64,000 nucleotides of DNA, taken from contig OY970399.1 of assembly GCA_963720545.1 (NCBI GenBank), positions 3,360,001 through 3,424,000 of the forward strand. The letters run 5' to 3'. Below, piece by piece: positions 1-13,756 of this stretch. Origin of the DNA: an uncultured Acidobacteriota bacterium (lineage in GTDB: Bacteria; Acidobacteriota; Vicinamibacteria; Fen-336). The translations under genes were made by a program, and so were the position numbers. Below the pieces are notes generated by a model that searched no databases, had not been told where the DNA came from, and was given only the letters and a program-made list of their open reading frames with translations. Within the stretch, counting starts at the first letter, position 1; each line of letters opens with the position of its first letter.

Positions 1-5
1 GCACC

Positions 6-1775
6 ATGCTGTACTCGCGCGGCGTGTTCGTGAACCGCTGCTTCGACGAGCTGAACCTCTCGAACCCCGACCTCATCGAGGCGCTGCACCGCGAGTACGT
101 CGAGGCTGGCGCCGACATCCTCGAGACCAACACCTTCGGCGCGCACCGCTTCAAGCTCGGCCCGCACGGCTTCGACAAGCAGACCGAGAAGATCAACCGC
201 GAAGGCGCGCGGCTGGCGCGCGCGGCGGCCGGCGGCAAGGCGCTGGTGGCCGGCTCGATGGGGCCGCTCGGCAAGCCGCTGGCGCCGCTCGGCGGCATCG
301 CGGTGGCCGACGCCGTGGATGCGTACCGCGAGCAGGCGCGCGGCCTGGTGGCGGGCGGCGTTGACCTGTTCTTCATCGAGACGATGCCGTCTCTCGACCA
401 GGCGAAGGCTGCGCTCGACGCGGTGCGCGCCGAATCGAACCTGCCGGTGTGCGTGTCGCTCACCTTCAACGAAGAGGGCACCACCCTCTACGGTGACCAC
501 CCCGAAGACGTGGTGACGGTGCTGGAGTCGTGGGGCGTCGCGGTGATCGGCGCCAACTGCAGCCAGGGACCGAACCCCATGCTCGAGACGCTCGAGCGCA
601 TGGCGACGGTCGCCACCACCGCGAAGCTCTCGGCGATGCCCAACGCCGGTGCGCCGGCGATGGTCGAGGGACGCTACGTCTATCTGTGCACGCCCGAATA
701 CATGGCCTCCTACGCGCGCCGCTTCATCGCCGCCGGCGCCTCGATCGTCGGCGGCTGCTGCGGCACGACACCGGCGCACATCCGCAACCTGGTGCGCTCG
801 GTGAAGATGCTGCGCCCCGGCCGCGAGGTGCGAGCCACCGTCGTGACGCCGCCGCGCGTGCGCGAGACGCCGACACCGGTGGCGCGCGCCGACAAAAGCC
901 CGCTGGGCCGCAAGCTGGCGCAGAAGTTCGTGGTGTCGGTGGAGCTCGACCCGCCGCGCGGCGCCGACCCCAGCGTCATCGTCGAGCGCGCGCAGTTCTG
1001 CAAGGAGAACGAGATCGACGCCATCAACGTCGCCGACGGTCCGCGCGCTTCGGCGCGCATGAGCGCGCAGTCGCTGTGCGTGCTGCTGCAGGAGAAGGTC
1101 GGCATCGACACGATCCTGCATTACACCTGCCGCGACCGGAACCTGCTCGGCATCCAGTCGGACCTGCTCGGCGCCTACGCGCTCGGCCTGCGCAACGTCC
1201 TCGCGATCACCGGCGACCCGCCCAAGCTCGGCGACTATCCCGACGCGACTGCCGTCTACGACGTCGACTCGATCGGCCTCATCCGCATCCTCGACCACCT
1301 CAACCACGGCTGCGACCTGGCCGGCAACCTCATCGGCCCGGCGCTCGGCATCCACATCGGCTGCGGCGCCGACCCCAGCAAGCCCGACACCGCTCGCGAA
1401 GTGGCGCGGCTCGAGCAGAAGGTCCTGGCCGGCGCCGAGTACGTCATGACCCAGCCGATCTACGACCCGCGCACCGTGGAGTCGTTCCTGGCGAGGATCA
1501 AGCATCTCGACGTGCCGGTGCTCATCGGCATCCTGCCGCTCTATTCGCACCGCAACGCGGAGTTCCTGCACAACGAGGTGCCGGGCATGATCATTCCCGA
1601 AGACATCCGCGAGCGGATGCGCAAGGCCGGCTCCGGCGAGCTGGCGCAGGCCGAAGGCGTCGCCATCGCGCGCGAGGCGCTGGTGGCGGCAAAGCAACTC
1701 GGCGTCTCGGGCGCCTACATCATGCCGCCCTTCAACAAGGTCGATCTCGCCGTACGCGTCGTCGAGGCACTGTGA
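6..1775 (+). CDS. yitJ: Bifunctional homocysteine S-methyltransferase / 5,10-methylenetetrahydrofolate reductase (probably 5'-truncated by the window edge)
   Basis: N-terminal half has GANC and GGCCGTTP Zn-binding motifs; C-terminal half has the MTHFR motifs VELDPP, HYTCRDRN and ITGDPP. The frame is open to the window start. Confidence 0.9.
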   Translation: MLYSRGVFVNRCFDELNLSNPDLIEALHREYVEAGADILETNTFGAHRFKLGPHGFDKQTEKINREGARLARAAAGGKALVAGSMGPLGKPLAPLGGIAVADAVDAYREQARGLVAGGVDLFFIETMPSLDQAKAALDAVRAESNLPVCVSLTFNEEGTTLYGDHPEDVVTVLESWGVAVIGANCSQGPNPMLETLERMATVATTAKLSAMPNAGAPAMVEGRYVYLCTPEYMASYARRFIAAGASIVGGCCGTTPAHIRNLVRSVKMLRPGREVRATVVTPPRVRETPTPVARADKSPLGRKLAQKFVVSVELDPPRGADPSVIVERAQFCKENEIDAINVADGPRASARMSAQSLCVLLQEKVGIDTILHYTCRDRNLLGIQSDLLGAYALGLRNVLAITGDPPKLGDYPDATAVYDVDSIGLIRILDHLNHGCDLAGNLIGPALGIHIGCGADPSKPDTAREVARLEQKVLAGAEYVMTQPIYDPRTVESFLARIKHLDVPVLIGILPLYSHRNAEFLHNEVPGMIIPEDIRERMRKAGSGELAQAEGVAIAREALVAAKQLGVSGAYIMPPFNKVDLAVRVVEAL

Positions 1776-2704
1776 ACGGCCGCGCGCCGCGCGCCTGCCT
1801 CGCGGTCCTTGGTGTGACCCTTGCAATGGCACCGCAGGCCCCGGCGCAGACGCCACCAACGCCGCTCTTCGCCAGCGAGACCGGCGTCATCAACCTGGTC
1901 GTCACGGTACAGGACAAGCAGGGCAACTGGATCTCGGACCTCGGCGCCGACGACTTCGCCGTGTTCGACGACGGCAAGCCGGCGCCGATCACGCTCTTCG
2001 CGCGTTCGGCGGAGGACAAGGACAACGACGAGAACCTGATGGTCGATGCGGGCCTGCTGCTCGACACCAGCGAGAGCATGAAGCCGGCGCTGAAGCTGGC
2101 GCAGGAGGCGGCCATCCGCTTCCTCGACTCGGTGCCGCGCGCCCGCGACCTTTTGACCCTGTTCTTCGACCAGGACATCCGCGTGTCGCGCTACGACAGC
2201 GAGCACCAGCAGGGGTTGTTCGAGCGCATCCTCGAGTCGCAGGCCGCGGGCAACACCGCGCTCTACGACGCGATCACGGTGTACATCTCGCGCGTCTCGG
2301 AAAGCGGCGGGCGCAAGGTGCTGGTGCTGTTCACCGACGGCTCGGACACGCTCAGCAAGACGGACGTCGGCGAAGTCAAGGCGCTGGCGCGCTCGTCTTC
2401 GGTGACCATCTATCCGGTGTCGTTCGCCGACACGCTGCCCAGCTCGGAGATGACCCGCGCCAAGGTCTTCCTGCGCGACCTCGCCGACATCACCGGGGGC
2501 AAGGTCTACACCCCGCGGACCTCGAAGAACCTCGGCGAGGTCTTCGACAAGATCATCAGCGAGCTGAAAACCCAATACGTGATCGGCATCGCCCCAGGCC
2601 CGCACGCCGCCGACGGCAAGTACCACAAGCTGCGCGTCGAGGTAAAGGGCAGGGCCCTCGACATTCGCCACCGCCTCGGCTACATCATCGAAACCCCCGA
2701 GTAA
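1772..2704 (+). CDS. Secreted VWA-domain protein (VWFA-related Acidobacterial type)
   Basis: GTG overlaps the yitJ stop (GTGA). Signal-like N-terminus, MIDAS motif LLLDTSESM, then TALYDAI, LFTDGSD and YHKLRVEV. Confidence 0.85.
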   Translation: MNGRAPRACLAVLGVTLAMAPQAPAQTPPTPLFASETGVINLVVTVQDKQGNWISDLGADDFAVFDDGKPAPITLFARSAEDKDNDENLMVDAGLLLDTSESMKPALKLAQEAAIRFLDSVPRARDLLTLFFDQDIRVSRYDSEHQQGLFERILESQAAGNTALYDAITVYISRVSESGGRKVLVLFTDGSDTLSKTDVGEVKALARSSSVTIYPVSFADTLPSSEMTRAKVFLRDLADITGGKVYTPRTSKNLGEVFDKIISELKTQYVIGIAPGPHAADGKYHKLRVEVKGRALDIRHRLGYIIETPE

Positions 2705-2743
2705 CAGCGCCGCGAGCGGGGCCAGCGCAAGCGCCAGGACCCC

Positions 2744-3748
2744 TCAGGTCTTGGTTTTTTTCTCCAACTCGGCCAGGCGCCTTCGCAGTTCGGGGAGTTG
2801 TTTGAAGACGGCGCTGGACTTGAGCCAGTCGCGGTTGGGGATGGCGGGGGTGCCGGAGACGACGGCGCCCGACTCGATGTCGTTCGGGATGCCGGTCTGG
2901 GCGGTGGCGATGACGTCGTCGCCGATTGTCAGGTGGCCGGCGACGCCTACCTGGCCGGCGAGGGTGACGCGGCTGCCGATCTTCGCGCTGCCGGCTATGC
3001 CCACCTGCCCGGCCAGCACGGTGTCTTCTCCGACCTGGACGGAATGGCCCACCTGCACCAGGTTGTCGAGCTTGCTGCCGCGGCCGATGCGGGTTTCCTT
3101 GAGGGCGGCGCGGTCGATGGCGGTCAGGGCGCCGATCTCGACGTCGTCCTCGATCACCACCGTGCCGAGCTGCGCGATCTTGTGGTAGCGGCCGTCGCCG
3201 TCCTTCGCGAAGCCGAAGCCGTCGGCGCCGATGACCGCGCCGTTTTGCACGATCACGCGGTTGCCGAGCCGGCAGTTCTCGCGCACCTGCACGGCCGAGT
3301 GCAGCACGCAGTCTTCGCCAACCTCGACCCCTTCGTAGAGCACAACGTGGGCGTGCAGGACGCTGCGCGCACCGATGCGCACTTTGGCTCCGACGACGGC
3401 TAGTGGTCCTATCGATATGTCAGTGGCTACGATTGCCGATGGATCCACTTGCGCTGACGGATGTACCCCCGCTTTTGGGCGGTTCGCTGGCTGTAGCAGT
3501 GTGGCTGCCTTGGCGTAGGCCAGATACGGGTTGTCGGTCACGAGGCTGGGCAGCGGACAGTCAACGTCCGCAGCGACAATGACCGCGCCGGCTTTGGAGC
3601 GCGCGAGGTGCTGTGCGTACCTTGGGTTGGCGAGGAACGTGACCTGGTCCGGACCGGCGTCCTCGATGCCGGCTACCCCACGGATCTCGATGTCGCCCCG
3701 GCCCCGCAGGGCGCAGCCGAGGCGCATCGCGATCTCGTCGAGCTTCAA
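2744..3748 (-). CDS. lpxD: UDP-3-O-(3-hydroxyacyl)glucosamine N-acyltransferase
   Basis: TFLANPRY N-terminal domain, hexapeptide repeats, GADGFGF and [10 protein letters not shown] motifs. Confidence 0.95.
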   Translation of the reverse strand: MKLDEIAMRLGCALRGRGDIEIRGVAGIEDAGPDQVTFLANPRYAQHLARSKAGAVIVAADVDCPLPSLVTDNPYLAYAKAATLLQPANRPKAGVHPSAQVDPSAIVATDISIGPLAVVGAKVRIGARSVLHAHVVLYEGVEVGEDCVLHSAVQVRENCRLGNRVIVQNGAVIGADGFGFAKDGDGRYHKIAQLGTVVIEDDVEIGALTAIDRAALKETRIGRGSKLDNLVQVGHSVQVGEDTVLAGQVGIAGSAKIGSRVTLAGQVGVAGHLTIGDDVIATAQTGIPNDIESGAVVSGTPAIPNRDWLKSSAVFKQLPELRRRLAELEKKTKT

Positions 3749-4092
3749 CCCGTGACGGCCTGTGGCGCCGCTGCGCGCGACTTGCCGCTGGCGCTGATGG
3801 AGCCGTTCAACTGGGCGCCCTCGCGCACGGCGAGGCTCTGGGCGTCGAGCGAGCCCTCGACCCGCGCCTTCTCGAGCAGGACCAGGGAGCGGACTGCCAG
3901 GTCGCCCTTGTATACGCCGCCGATTTCGGCCAGGTCGGCCTGGACCTTGGCATCGACGCTCGCGCCGTCACCGATCTCCAGCCGGCCAGTGACTGCGATT
4001 TCCCCCTTGAACTTCCCGAGGATGCGCACATCCTTGGCCTTGAGCTTGCCTTCGACCTCGGCTTCCTTGCCGATGACGGTCGTGTCTTCCAT
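3745..4092 (-). CDS. Bactofilin / polymer-forming cytoskeletal protein
   Basis: TTVIG...GKFKGEI...VEGSL...EGAQLNG beta-helix pattern. GGAGG RBS upstream; 4-nt overlap with lpxD. Confidence 0.85.
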   Translation of the reverse strand: MEDTTVIGKEAEVEGKLKAKDVRILGKFKGEIAVTGRLEIGDGASVDAKVQADLAEIGGVYKGDLAVRSLVLLEKARVEGSLDAQSLAVREGAQLNGSISASGKSRAAAPQAVTG

Positions 4093-4215
4093 GGATCCTC
4101 CGCTACGTGAATCTTCCGACGTAATCGCTAAGGGGGCATTGTAGGCGACCTTGGCCCTTCGCCGAACGTGATCCGGACCTCACTCGGCCGAAGCGGCTTG
4201 TATCATCAAAAACTC

Positions 4216-6309
4216 ATGCCTTCTCGCCGCCGGGCGCCGGTGCCCCCCGAAACCGCCGTCGAACCACGAGTTCCACCGGAACAGCCGCGCCTCGCGCCGG
4301 CCCTTGCCGACACGGTCTTCCAGATCACCAGCGACTACGAGCCCAAGGGCGACCAGCCGGCGGCCATCGAGGAGCTGGTGAAGGGCCTGGAGCGAAACGA
4401 CAAGCACCAGTGCCTGCTGGGCGTCACCGGCAGCGGCAAGACCTTCACGGTCGCCTCGGTGCTGGCCCGCGTCAACCGGCCGGCGCTGGTGCTCGCGCAC
4501 AACAAGACCCTGGCGGCGCAGCTCTACCAGGAGTTCAAGACCTTCTTCCCGAAGAACGCGGTCGAGTATTTCGTCTCCTACTACGACTACTACCAACCGG
4601 AGGCGTACGTGCCGCAGTCGGACACGTACATCGACAAGGAATCCACGATCAACGAAGAAATCGACCGCATGCGACTGTCGGCCACGCGCAGCATCTTCGA
4701 GCGGCGCGACGTCGTCATCGTGGCGTCGGTGTCGTGCATCTACGGCCTCGGCTCGCCCGAGGCGTACTACGGCATGCTGTTGTTCCTGCGCCAGGGCGAC
4801 TGGCTCGACCGGCGCGAGATCCTCGCCAAGCTGGTCGAGGCGCGCTACGACCGCAACGACTACGAGCTGAAGCGCGGCACCTTCCGCGTGCGCGGCGACG
4901 TGATCGAGATCGTGCCCGCCTACGAAGAGGTCGGCATCCGCGTCGAGCTGTACGGCGACGAAATCGAGAAAATCAGCTCGTTCGACCCGCTCACCGGCAA
5001 GGCGCTCGACCGGCTGTCACAGGTGGCCATCTACCCGTCGAGCCACTACGTGACGCCCCGGCCGCGGCTGCAGGACGCCATCAAGCACATCGAGGAAGAG
5101 CTGATCGCCAACAAGGCGCGGCTCGAGCGCGACGGCCGGCTGCTGGAGGCCCAGCGCCTCTACCAGCGGACCATGTTCGACCTCGAGCTGCTGCGCGAGG
5201 TGGGGCACTGCCACGGCATCGAGAACTATTCGCGGCACCTTTCCGGGCGGAAGGAGGGCGAGCCGCCGCCGACGCTGCTCGACTACCTGCCGAAGGACGC
5301 GCTCATCATCGTGGACGAGAGCCACCAGAGCATCCCGCAGGTGCGCGGCATGTACCACGGCGACCGCGCGCGCAAGTCGACGCTCGTCGAATACGGCTTC
5401 CGGCTGCCGTCGGCGCTCGACAACCGCCCGCTCAACTTCGAGGAGTTCGAGGCGCGGGTGGGGCAGTCGATCTACGTCTCGGCGACGCCGGGCGCCTACG
5501 AGCTGCAGAAGACGGCGGGCGTGGTGGTGGAGCAGGTCATCCGCCCCACCGGGCTCATGGACCCGCGCGTAGACGTGCGGCCGGTCACCGGGCAAGTGGA
5601 CGACCTGCTCGCCGAGATCCGCCTGCGCGTGGCGCGCAACGAGCGCGTGCTGGTCACCACACTCACCAAGCGCATGGCCGAGGACCTCACCGAGTACTAC
5701 CACGACCTCGGCGTGCGCGTGCGCTACCTGCACTCCGACATCGAAACGCTGGAGCGCGTGCAGATCCTGCGCGACCTGCGCAAGGGCGAGTTCGACGTGC
5801 TCGTGGGCATCAACCTGCTGCGCGAAGGGCTCGACCTGCCGGAGGTGTCGCTGGTCGCCATCCTCGACGCCGACAAGGAAGGCTTCCTGCGGTCGGGCGG
5901 CTCGCTCATCCAGACGATGGGCCGCGCCGCTCGCAACGTCGAGGGCATGGCCATCCTCTACGCCGACGTGATGACCGCTTCGATGAAGGCGGCCATGGAA
6001 GAAACCGCGCGCCGCCGCGTCATCCAGGAGACGTACAACGCCGAGCACGGCATCACGCCGCAGTCGATCAAGAAGAGCATCAAGGACGTGCTGAACTCGG
6101 TGTTCGAGGCCGACTACGTCACCGTGCCCGCGGACGACGACGGCAAGGACGACGACGACGCGTATCGCTCGATGGACGAGCTGGAGAAGGAAATCGCCCG
6201 AGTGGAGAAAGCAATGCGGGCTGCCGCCAAGGCCTTGGAGTACGAGAAAGCCGCCGAATTGCGCGACCGCATCCGCAGGCTGCGCACCACGGAAGTGGGC
6301 CTGCGCTAG
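4216..6309 (+). CDS. uvrB: Excinuclease ABC subunit B
   Basis: GVTGSGKT Walker [11 protein letters not shown] beta-hairpin, [14 protein letters not shown] and a C-terminal UVR domain. Start placed at ATG 4216. Confidence 0.97.
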   Translation: MPSRRRAPVPPETAVEPRVPPEQPRLAPALADTVFQITSDYEPKGDQPAAIEELVKGLERNDKHQCLLGVTGSGKTFTVASVLARVNRPALVLAHNKTLAAQLYQEFKTFFPKNAVEYFVSYYDYYQPEAYVPQSDTYIDKESTINEEIDRMRLSATRSIFERRDVVIVASVSCIYGLGSPEAYYGMLLFLRQGDWLDRREILAKLVEARYDRNDYELKRGTFRVRGDVIEIVPAYEEVGIRVELYGDEIEKISSFDPLTGKALDRLSQVAIYPSSHYVTPRPRLQDAIKHIEEELIANKARLERDGRLLEAQRLYQRTMFDLELLREVGHCHGIENYSRHLSGRKEGEPPPTLLDYLPKDALIIVDESHQSIPQVRGMYHGDRARKSTLVEYGFRLPSALDNRPLNFEEFEARVGQSIYVSATPGAYELQKTAGVVVEQVIRPTGLMDPRVDVRPVTGQVDDLLAEIRLRVARNERVLVTTLTKRMAEDLTEYYHDLGVRVRYLHSDIETLERVQILRDLRKGEFDVLVGINLLREGLDLPEVSLVAILDADKEGFLRSGGSLIQTMGRAARNVEGMAILYADVMTASMKAAMEETARRRVIQETYNAEHGITPQSIKKSIKDVLNSVFEADYVTVPADDDGKDDDDAYRSMDELEKEIARVEKAMRAAAKALEYEKAAELRDRIRRLRTTEVGLR

Positions 6310-6433
6310 TCATCGACGGATTGGCGGTCGTTCCCGTCCAATCCGTCGATTTCCGTTAGGCCGTTTCCCAGGCGCTTGCGTCAGCGTCCGTTCCGATCTC
6401 CTGCTCCTGTGGCCGGCGAGTGGTCCTCCGCGC
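6309..6433 (+). repeat. Dispersed hairpin repeat, copy A (longest form)
   Basis: ATCGACGGATTGG (6312-6324), 13-nt loop, CCAATCCGTCGAT (6338-6350). Followed by the tail TTCCGTT..CCCAGGCGCTTGCGTCAGCGTCCGTTCC and the distal block GGCCGGCGAGTGGTCCT (6411-6427). Confidence 0.9.
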
Positions 6434-6607
6434 GGGACGTTCGGGCTCAGTGGAAAAATGTCCGCGCACTTCCCGCCAGTCGTCCGCTGCCACTGTGGCA
6501 ATTGGTAACGCAACTGCGTCCGGACGCTGTTGGTTACCGAATGTAGCGCTCAAGGCGGAGCCCTGGGCAGCAGCACAAGCGTTCCGTCCTCGGGGAAACT
6601 TTTGCAG

Positions 6608-6635
6608 CAAACCGGGTTTGCCTGGGAGCAGTCTC
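6608..6635 (+). promoter_or_regulatory. Candidate ECF-sigma promoter
   Basis: CAAACC-N16-AGTCTC just upstream of the AGGAGG RBS of the YXWGXW gene; resembles the AAC...CGTC/GTCT ECF consensus. Confidence 0.35.
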
Positions 6636-6655
6636 TTCCTAGTAGGAGGTTCAAC

Positions 6656-6982
6656 ATGTTCGGCAAACATTCGACGCTGACCCGCGCGCTGCTCCTGGGC
6701 AGTCTGGGACTCGCGTCCGCGGGCTGTGCCACCCGCCATTCCGAGGTGGGGATCGGGCTGCGGTTCGGGGAGCCGCCGGCGATTCGCCGCGAGGTCGTCT
6801 ACGCGAGTCCAGGACCCAACTACGTCTGGCTGCCTGGCTATTGGGCCGGCAGCGGCCGCGGCTACTACTGGGTCGCCGGCCGCTGGACACGGCCGCCGCG
6901 CGCCCGCGCCGTGTGGGTGGAGCCGCGCTGGGAACGGCGCAACCAGGGCTGGTTCTTCATCAGGGGCCGCTGGCGCTACTAG
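6656..6982 (+). CDS. YXWGXW-repeat lipoprotein
   Basis: AGGAGG RBS, lipobox-like LASAGC, and repeats YVWLPGYW, YYWVAGRW, VWVEPRW, WFFIRGRW. Confidence 0.85.
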   Translation: MFGKHSTLTRALLLGSLGLASAGCATRHSEVGIGLRFGEPPAIRREVVYASPGPNYVWLPGYWAGSGRGYYWVAGRWTRPPRARAVWVEPRWERRNQGWFFIRGRWRY

Positions 6983-6997
6983 ATTAAGCTCGGCCCG

Positions 6998-9751
<2,754 letters not shown>

Positions 9752-9763
9752 CGAGGAGGACGG

Positions 9764-10264
9764 ATGCCCATCGAGGCATGGATGAAGGGGCCGATCGGCG
9801 GCGTCGCGCCGCTCCTGCAGCCCGCGGCGCACGCGTTCGCGCAGGCGGGCAACGACATCGAAGCGGCGCTCGCCGGCTTCCCGGCGGCTTGCCTGTGGAC
9901 CCGGCCCGGAGGCGCGGCTTCGGTGGCATTCCACTTGCGCCATGTGGCGGGCGCCACCGACCGCCTGCTCGCTTATGCGCGCGGCGAACAGCTCTCGCCC
10001 GAAGGCATTGCGAAGGCGAAGGCCGAGGGCAACCAAGACCCCGACGCCACGGTCGACTCGCTGCTTGCCGAAGTGCGCGCGTCGTTCGCGCACGCGCTCG
10101 AGCAGGTGCGCGCGACTCCCGCGGCAACGCTGCTCGATCCCCGCGAAGTCGGCCGTGCCCGCTTCCCGAGCAACGTCTTGGGGTTGCTGTTCCACGCCGC
10201 CGAACACGCCACCCGGCACGCCGGCCAGCTCATCACCACGACCCGAATCCTCAGCGCGCCTTAG
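9764..10264 (+). CDS. DinB-family protein
   Basis: SVAFHLRHVAG and FHAAEHATRHAGQ His motifs; GAGGAGG RBS. Confidence 0.85.
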   Translation: MPIEAWMKGPIGGVAPLLQPAAHAFAQAGNDIEAALAGFPAACLWTRPGGAASVAFHLRHVAGATDRLLAYARGEQLSPEGIAKAKAEGNQDPDATVDSLLAEVRASFAHALEQVRATPAATLLDPREVGRARFPSNVLGLLFHAAEHATRHAGQLITTTRILSAP

Positions 10265-10270
10265 TACTCG

Positions 10271-11110
10271 TTACGGCGTGATGTCGAGCGCCACGTCGAG
10301 GGCGGGGACGCTGTGCGTCAGCCAACCCAGGGAGAGCAGGTCGACACCGGTTTCCGCGACGGCGCGCGCGGTTTGCGGGGTGATGCCGCCGGAGGCTTCG
10401 GTAATGGCACGGCCGCGGCACAGCGCCACGGCTTCGCGCAGGGTGGCGAGGTCCATGTTGTCGAGCAGCACGGTGTCGATCCCGAGCGCGAGGGCGTCGC
10501 GCAGCTGGTCCAGCGTGTCCACTTCCACTTCCACCTTCGTCAGGTGCCCCGCCGACGCCTGCACGCGGCGGATGGCTTCGGCGATGCCGCCGGCCGCGGC
10601 GATGTGGTTGTCCTTCACCAGCACCGCGTCGTCGAGGCCAAAGCGATGGTTGCTGCCGCCGCCGACGCGCACCGCGTACTTCTCGAGCACGCGCAGCAGC
10701 GGTGTCGTCTTGCGGGTGCACGTGACCCGTGCGTTCGTGCCCGCGAGGCTCGCCACCACGTCGCGCGTGGTGGTGGCGATGCCGCACATCCGTCCCAGCA
10801 CGTTCAGCGCCACGCGCTCGGCGGAGAGCACGGCGCGCGCGCTCCCGGAGAGGCTCGCGATCGATGTGCCGGCCGCAACGTCGGCGCCGTCCGCGTGGCG
10901 CACGGTGGACTCCATCCGGGGGTCGAGCAGCCGCAAGGCTGCGAGTGCTATGTCGACGCCGGCGACGCGTCCCGCGCCACGCAGGATCATCTCGGCCCGA
11001 GCCCGTGCGCCCGGCGCCACGATGGCATCGGTCGTGACGTCGCCCGCACCGCCCAGGTCCTCGCGCAGCGCCGCTTTCAGGAAGTCCTCGTACAGGAGCG
11101 GGTTCAGCAT
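10271..11110 (-). CDS. nadC: Nicotinate-nucleotide diphosphorylase (quinolinate phosphoribosyltransferase)
   Basis: ALREDLG..GDVTT, TRKTTP, HRFGLDDAVLVKDNH, EVEVD, LLDNM and EASGG. Start at ATG 11110 inside the longer ORF. Confidence 0.95.
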   Translation of the reverse strand: MLNPLLYEDFLKAALREDLGGAGDVTTDAIVAPGARARAEMILRGAGRVAGVDIALAALRLLDPRMESTVRHADGADVAAGTSIASLSGSARAVLSAERVALNVLGRMCGIATTTRDVVASLAGTNARVTCTRKTTPLLRVLEKYAVRVGGGSNHRFGLDDAVLVKDNHIAAAGGIAEAIRRVQASAGHLTKVEVEVDTLDQLRDALALGIDTVLLDNMDLATLREAVALCRGRAITEASGGITPQTARAVAETGVDLLSLGWLTHSVPALDVALDITP

Positions 11111-12666
11111 CCTGCGGACGTTAGCGCGTCGGCCACCGCGCGCGGCAGGGCCGACTCGCTGCGGTGCGCCCAGCGCGCGTCGGCAGCGGGGTAGTCCTCG
11201 CGGAAATGGCCGCCGCGGCTCTCGCGTCGCTCGAGCGCGGCCGCGGCGATGAGGGCGCCGCAAAGCGCCATGTTGGCGGCCTCGCTCGCGCCCGGCGGGA
11301 TGCGCGCCGCGATGGCGGCGATCGTGGCGATGGCGCGGCGCAGGCCTTCCTCGTTGCGATAGAGCCCGACGTTGCGCCACATGGTTTCGCGCAGCTCGGC
11401 GACCAGCGCCGGGTCCACCTGCGCCGCGGCGCCGTTCGCCTCCAGCTCGGCGCGCACGCCGTCCGGAACCGCCGGCGCGGACGCATGCAGTGCGCCTGCG
11501 ATGTCGATCGCCACGCGCCCGCCGAACACGACGCCTTCGAGCAGCGAGTTGCTCGCGAGCCGGTTCGCGCCATGGACGCCGGTCGATGCCGCTTCGCCGC
11601 ACGCCCACAATCCGGGCAGCGAGGTGCGGCCGGCGCCGTCCACCGCGATTCCGCCCATGTGATAGTGCGCCGCCGGCGCCACCGGCACCAGGTCGCGTCG
11701 CGGGTCGAGGCCGTGCTGCGCGCACAAGGCGAACACGGTTGGGAACATTTCCGGGAACGAGGCGCCCACCGCGGTGCGCGCGTCGAGGAACGCCTCGCCG
11801 CCGCTGTCGAGCTGCCGCGCGATGGCGCGGGCCACGATGTCGCGCGCAGCAAGCTCGCCCGCCGGGTCCGAGTCGAACAGGAAGCGCCGGCCGTGGCCGT
11901 CGACGATGGCGGCGCCGTGGCCGCGCAGCGCCTCGGTGAGCAGCGGCATCGGGTCGTCGCCCACCGCCAGCGCCGTGGGGTGGAACTGGACGAACTCGAG
12001 GTCGGCGAGCCGCGCGCCGGCGCGCGCCGCCATCGCGAGCCCGTCGCCGGTGGCCTCGACCGGGTTGGTGGTGCGCGAATAGACGCGGCCGAGTCCGCCG
12101 GTGGCGATGATGACGGCCTTCGCAAGGTACAGCGTGAGCTCGCCCGAAGCGTCGCGCGCCACGACCCCCTGCACGCGGCCGTTCGCCACCGCGAGGTCGC
12201 AGGCGAAGGTCTTCTCGTGCACGATGACCCACGGCGCCTGGCGCGCCGCTTCGCTCAGCGCGCGCACGATTTCGGCGCCGGTGGCGTCGCGCGCGTGCAG
12301 GATGCGCGGCCGGCTGTGCGCCGCTTCGCGCGCCAGCGCCAGGTGGTCGTCGGCATCGCGATCGAAGCGCACGCCGAGCGCCAGCAGCTTGCGCACGGTC
12401 GCCGGCCCTTCTTCCGTGAGGATCGCGACCGCCTCGGCATCGGCGAGACCGCCGGCCACCGCCACCGTGTCGCGCGCGTGCAGTTGCGGCGAGTCGTCCG
12501 CCGCCACGGCGGCGGCCATGCCGCCCTGCGCGTACGAGCTGGAGCCGCCGGCGCCGAACGCCGCCTTGGTGATCACCACCACCCGCCGCGGCGCGAGGTC
12601 GAGTGCCGCCGTCAGGCCGGCAACGCCCGCGCCGACGATGACGACATCCGCTGCGTCGTCCTTCAC
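11104..12666 (-). CDS. nadB: L-aspartate oxidase
   Basis: [49 protein letters not shown] and [11 protein letters not shown] 12666 overlaps the nadA stop. Confidence 0.95.
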   Translation of the reverse strand: MKDDAADVVIVGAGVAGLTAALDLAPRRVVVITKAAFGAGGSSSYAQGGMAAAVAADDSPQLHARDTVAVAGGLADAEAVAILTEEGPATVRKLLALGVRFDRDADDHLALAREAAHSRPRILHARDATGAEIVRALSEAARQAPWVIVHEKTFACDLAVANGRVQGVVARDASGELTLYLAKAVIIATGGLGRVYSRTTNPVEATGDGLAMAARAGARLADLEFVQFHPTALAVGDDPMPLLTEALRGHGAAIVDGHGRRFLFDSDPAGELAARDIVARAIARQLDSGGEAFLDARTAVGASFPEMFPTVFALCAQHGLDPRRDLVPVAPAAHYHMGGIAVDGAGRTSLPGLWACGEAASTGVHGANRLASNSLLEGVVFGGRVAIDIAGALHASAPAVPDGVRAELEANGAAAQVDPALVAELRETMWRNVGLYRNEEGLRRAIATIAAIAARIPPGASEAANMALCGALIAAAALERRESRGGHFREDYPAADARWAHRSESALPRAVADALTSAGC

Positions 12667-13673
12667 CGCGCGGGCTCCGGGCCGATCGCCAGCATGCGCT
12701 CGACCGCCTGGCGCGCGCGGCCGGCAACTTCCGGCGCCACCGTCACCTCGTAGCGCAGGTGCAGCAGCGAGTCGTAGATCTTCGGCAGCGTGATGCGCTT
12801 CATGTGCGGGCAGAAGTTGCAGGGCCGGATGAACTCGGTGCCCGGCGCCATCACCGCGACGTTGTCGCTCATCGAGCACTCGGTGATCATCACCACGCGC
12901 GCCGGCCTGCGTTGCGTGACGTGGCGGATCATCCCCGACGTGGAGCCGACGAAGTCGGCTTCGGCGAGCACGTCGGGCGGGCATTCGGGATGCGCGATCA
13001 CCTCGACGCCGGGGTTGAGGCGTCGGTACTCGCGGATCTCGGCGCCGGTGAAGCGCTCGTGCACCTCGCAGTGGCCCGTCCACAGGACGATCTCGACCTT
13101 GGTCTTGCTCGCGACGTACTTGCCGAGGTATTCGTCGGGCAGGAAGATCACCCGCGGTACGTTCAGCGATTCCACCACGCGCACGGCGTTCGACGACGTG
13201 CAGCAGATGTCCGACTCGGCCTTCACCTCGGCCGAGGTGTTGACGTAGGTGACGACCGGCACGCCGGGGTAGCGCTGCTTCAGCAGGCGCACGTCTTCGG
13301 CGGTGATCGACTCGGCGAGCGAACAGCCGGCCCGCGTGTCGGGGATGAGCACGGTCTTGCCGGGGTTCAGCACCTTGGCGGTCTCGGCCATGAACTGCAC
13401 GCCGGCCATCACGATGACGTCGGCCTTGGTGTTCGCCGCTTCGCGCGCGAGGCCCAGCGAGTCGCCCTGGAAGTCGGCGACGCCGTGGAAGATCTCAGGC
13501 GTCTGGTACGTATGGGCGAGCACCACGGCGTTGCGTTCGCGCTTCAGGGTGTTGATGGCGTCGATGTACGGCGCGAACACCGGCCACTCGATTTCCGGGA
13601 CCACGCCCTTGACGCGATCCCAGGCTGCCGCGGTGCGCGCGGCCACCTCGGGCGTGAATGCCAGGCTGCTCAT
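12663..13673 (-). CDS. nadA: Quinolinate synthase
   Basis: [40 protein letters not shown] and CPHMK. Alternative start is GTG 13685. Confidence 0.95.
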   Translation of the reverse strand: MSSLAFTPEVAARTAAAWDRVKGVVPEIEWPVFAPYIDAINTLKRERNAVVLAHTYQTPEIFHGVADFQGDSLGLAREAANTKADVIVMAGVQFMAETAKVLNPGKTVLIPDTRAGCSLAESITAEDVRLLKQRYPGVPVVTYVNTSAEVKAESDICCTSSNAVRVVESLNVPRVIFLPDEYLGKYVASKTKVEIVLWTGHCEVHERFTGAEIREYRRLNPGVEVIAHPECPPDVLAEADFVGSTSGMIRHVTQRRPARVVMITECSMSDNVAVMAPGTEFIRPCNFCPHMKRITLPKIYDSLLHLRYEVTVAPEVAGRARQAVERMLAIGPEPAR

Positions 13674-13690
13674 GTCTTCGCTCACCTCAT

Positions 13691-13707
13691 ATGCTCAGAA
13701 AGAGCAT
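13691..13707. promoter_or_regulatory. NadQ operator
   Basis: Perfect inverted repeat ATGCTC-agaaa-GAGCAT matching the NadQ box ATRCTC-N5-GAGYAT, located between the promoter and nadA. Confidence 0.8.
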
Positions 13708-13720
13708 TAACGATGTGCTC

Positions 13721-13750
13721 AGGTTACGACCGCGCGTACGGGCTGTCAAG
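13721..13750 (-). promoter_or_regulatory. Sigma70 promoter of nadABC
   Basis: Minus strand TTGACA (13750-13745), N18, TAACCT (13726-13721). Confidence 0.65.
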
Positions 13751-13756
13751 CGGCGC

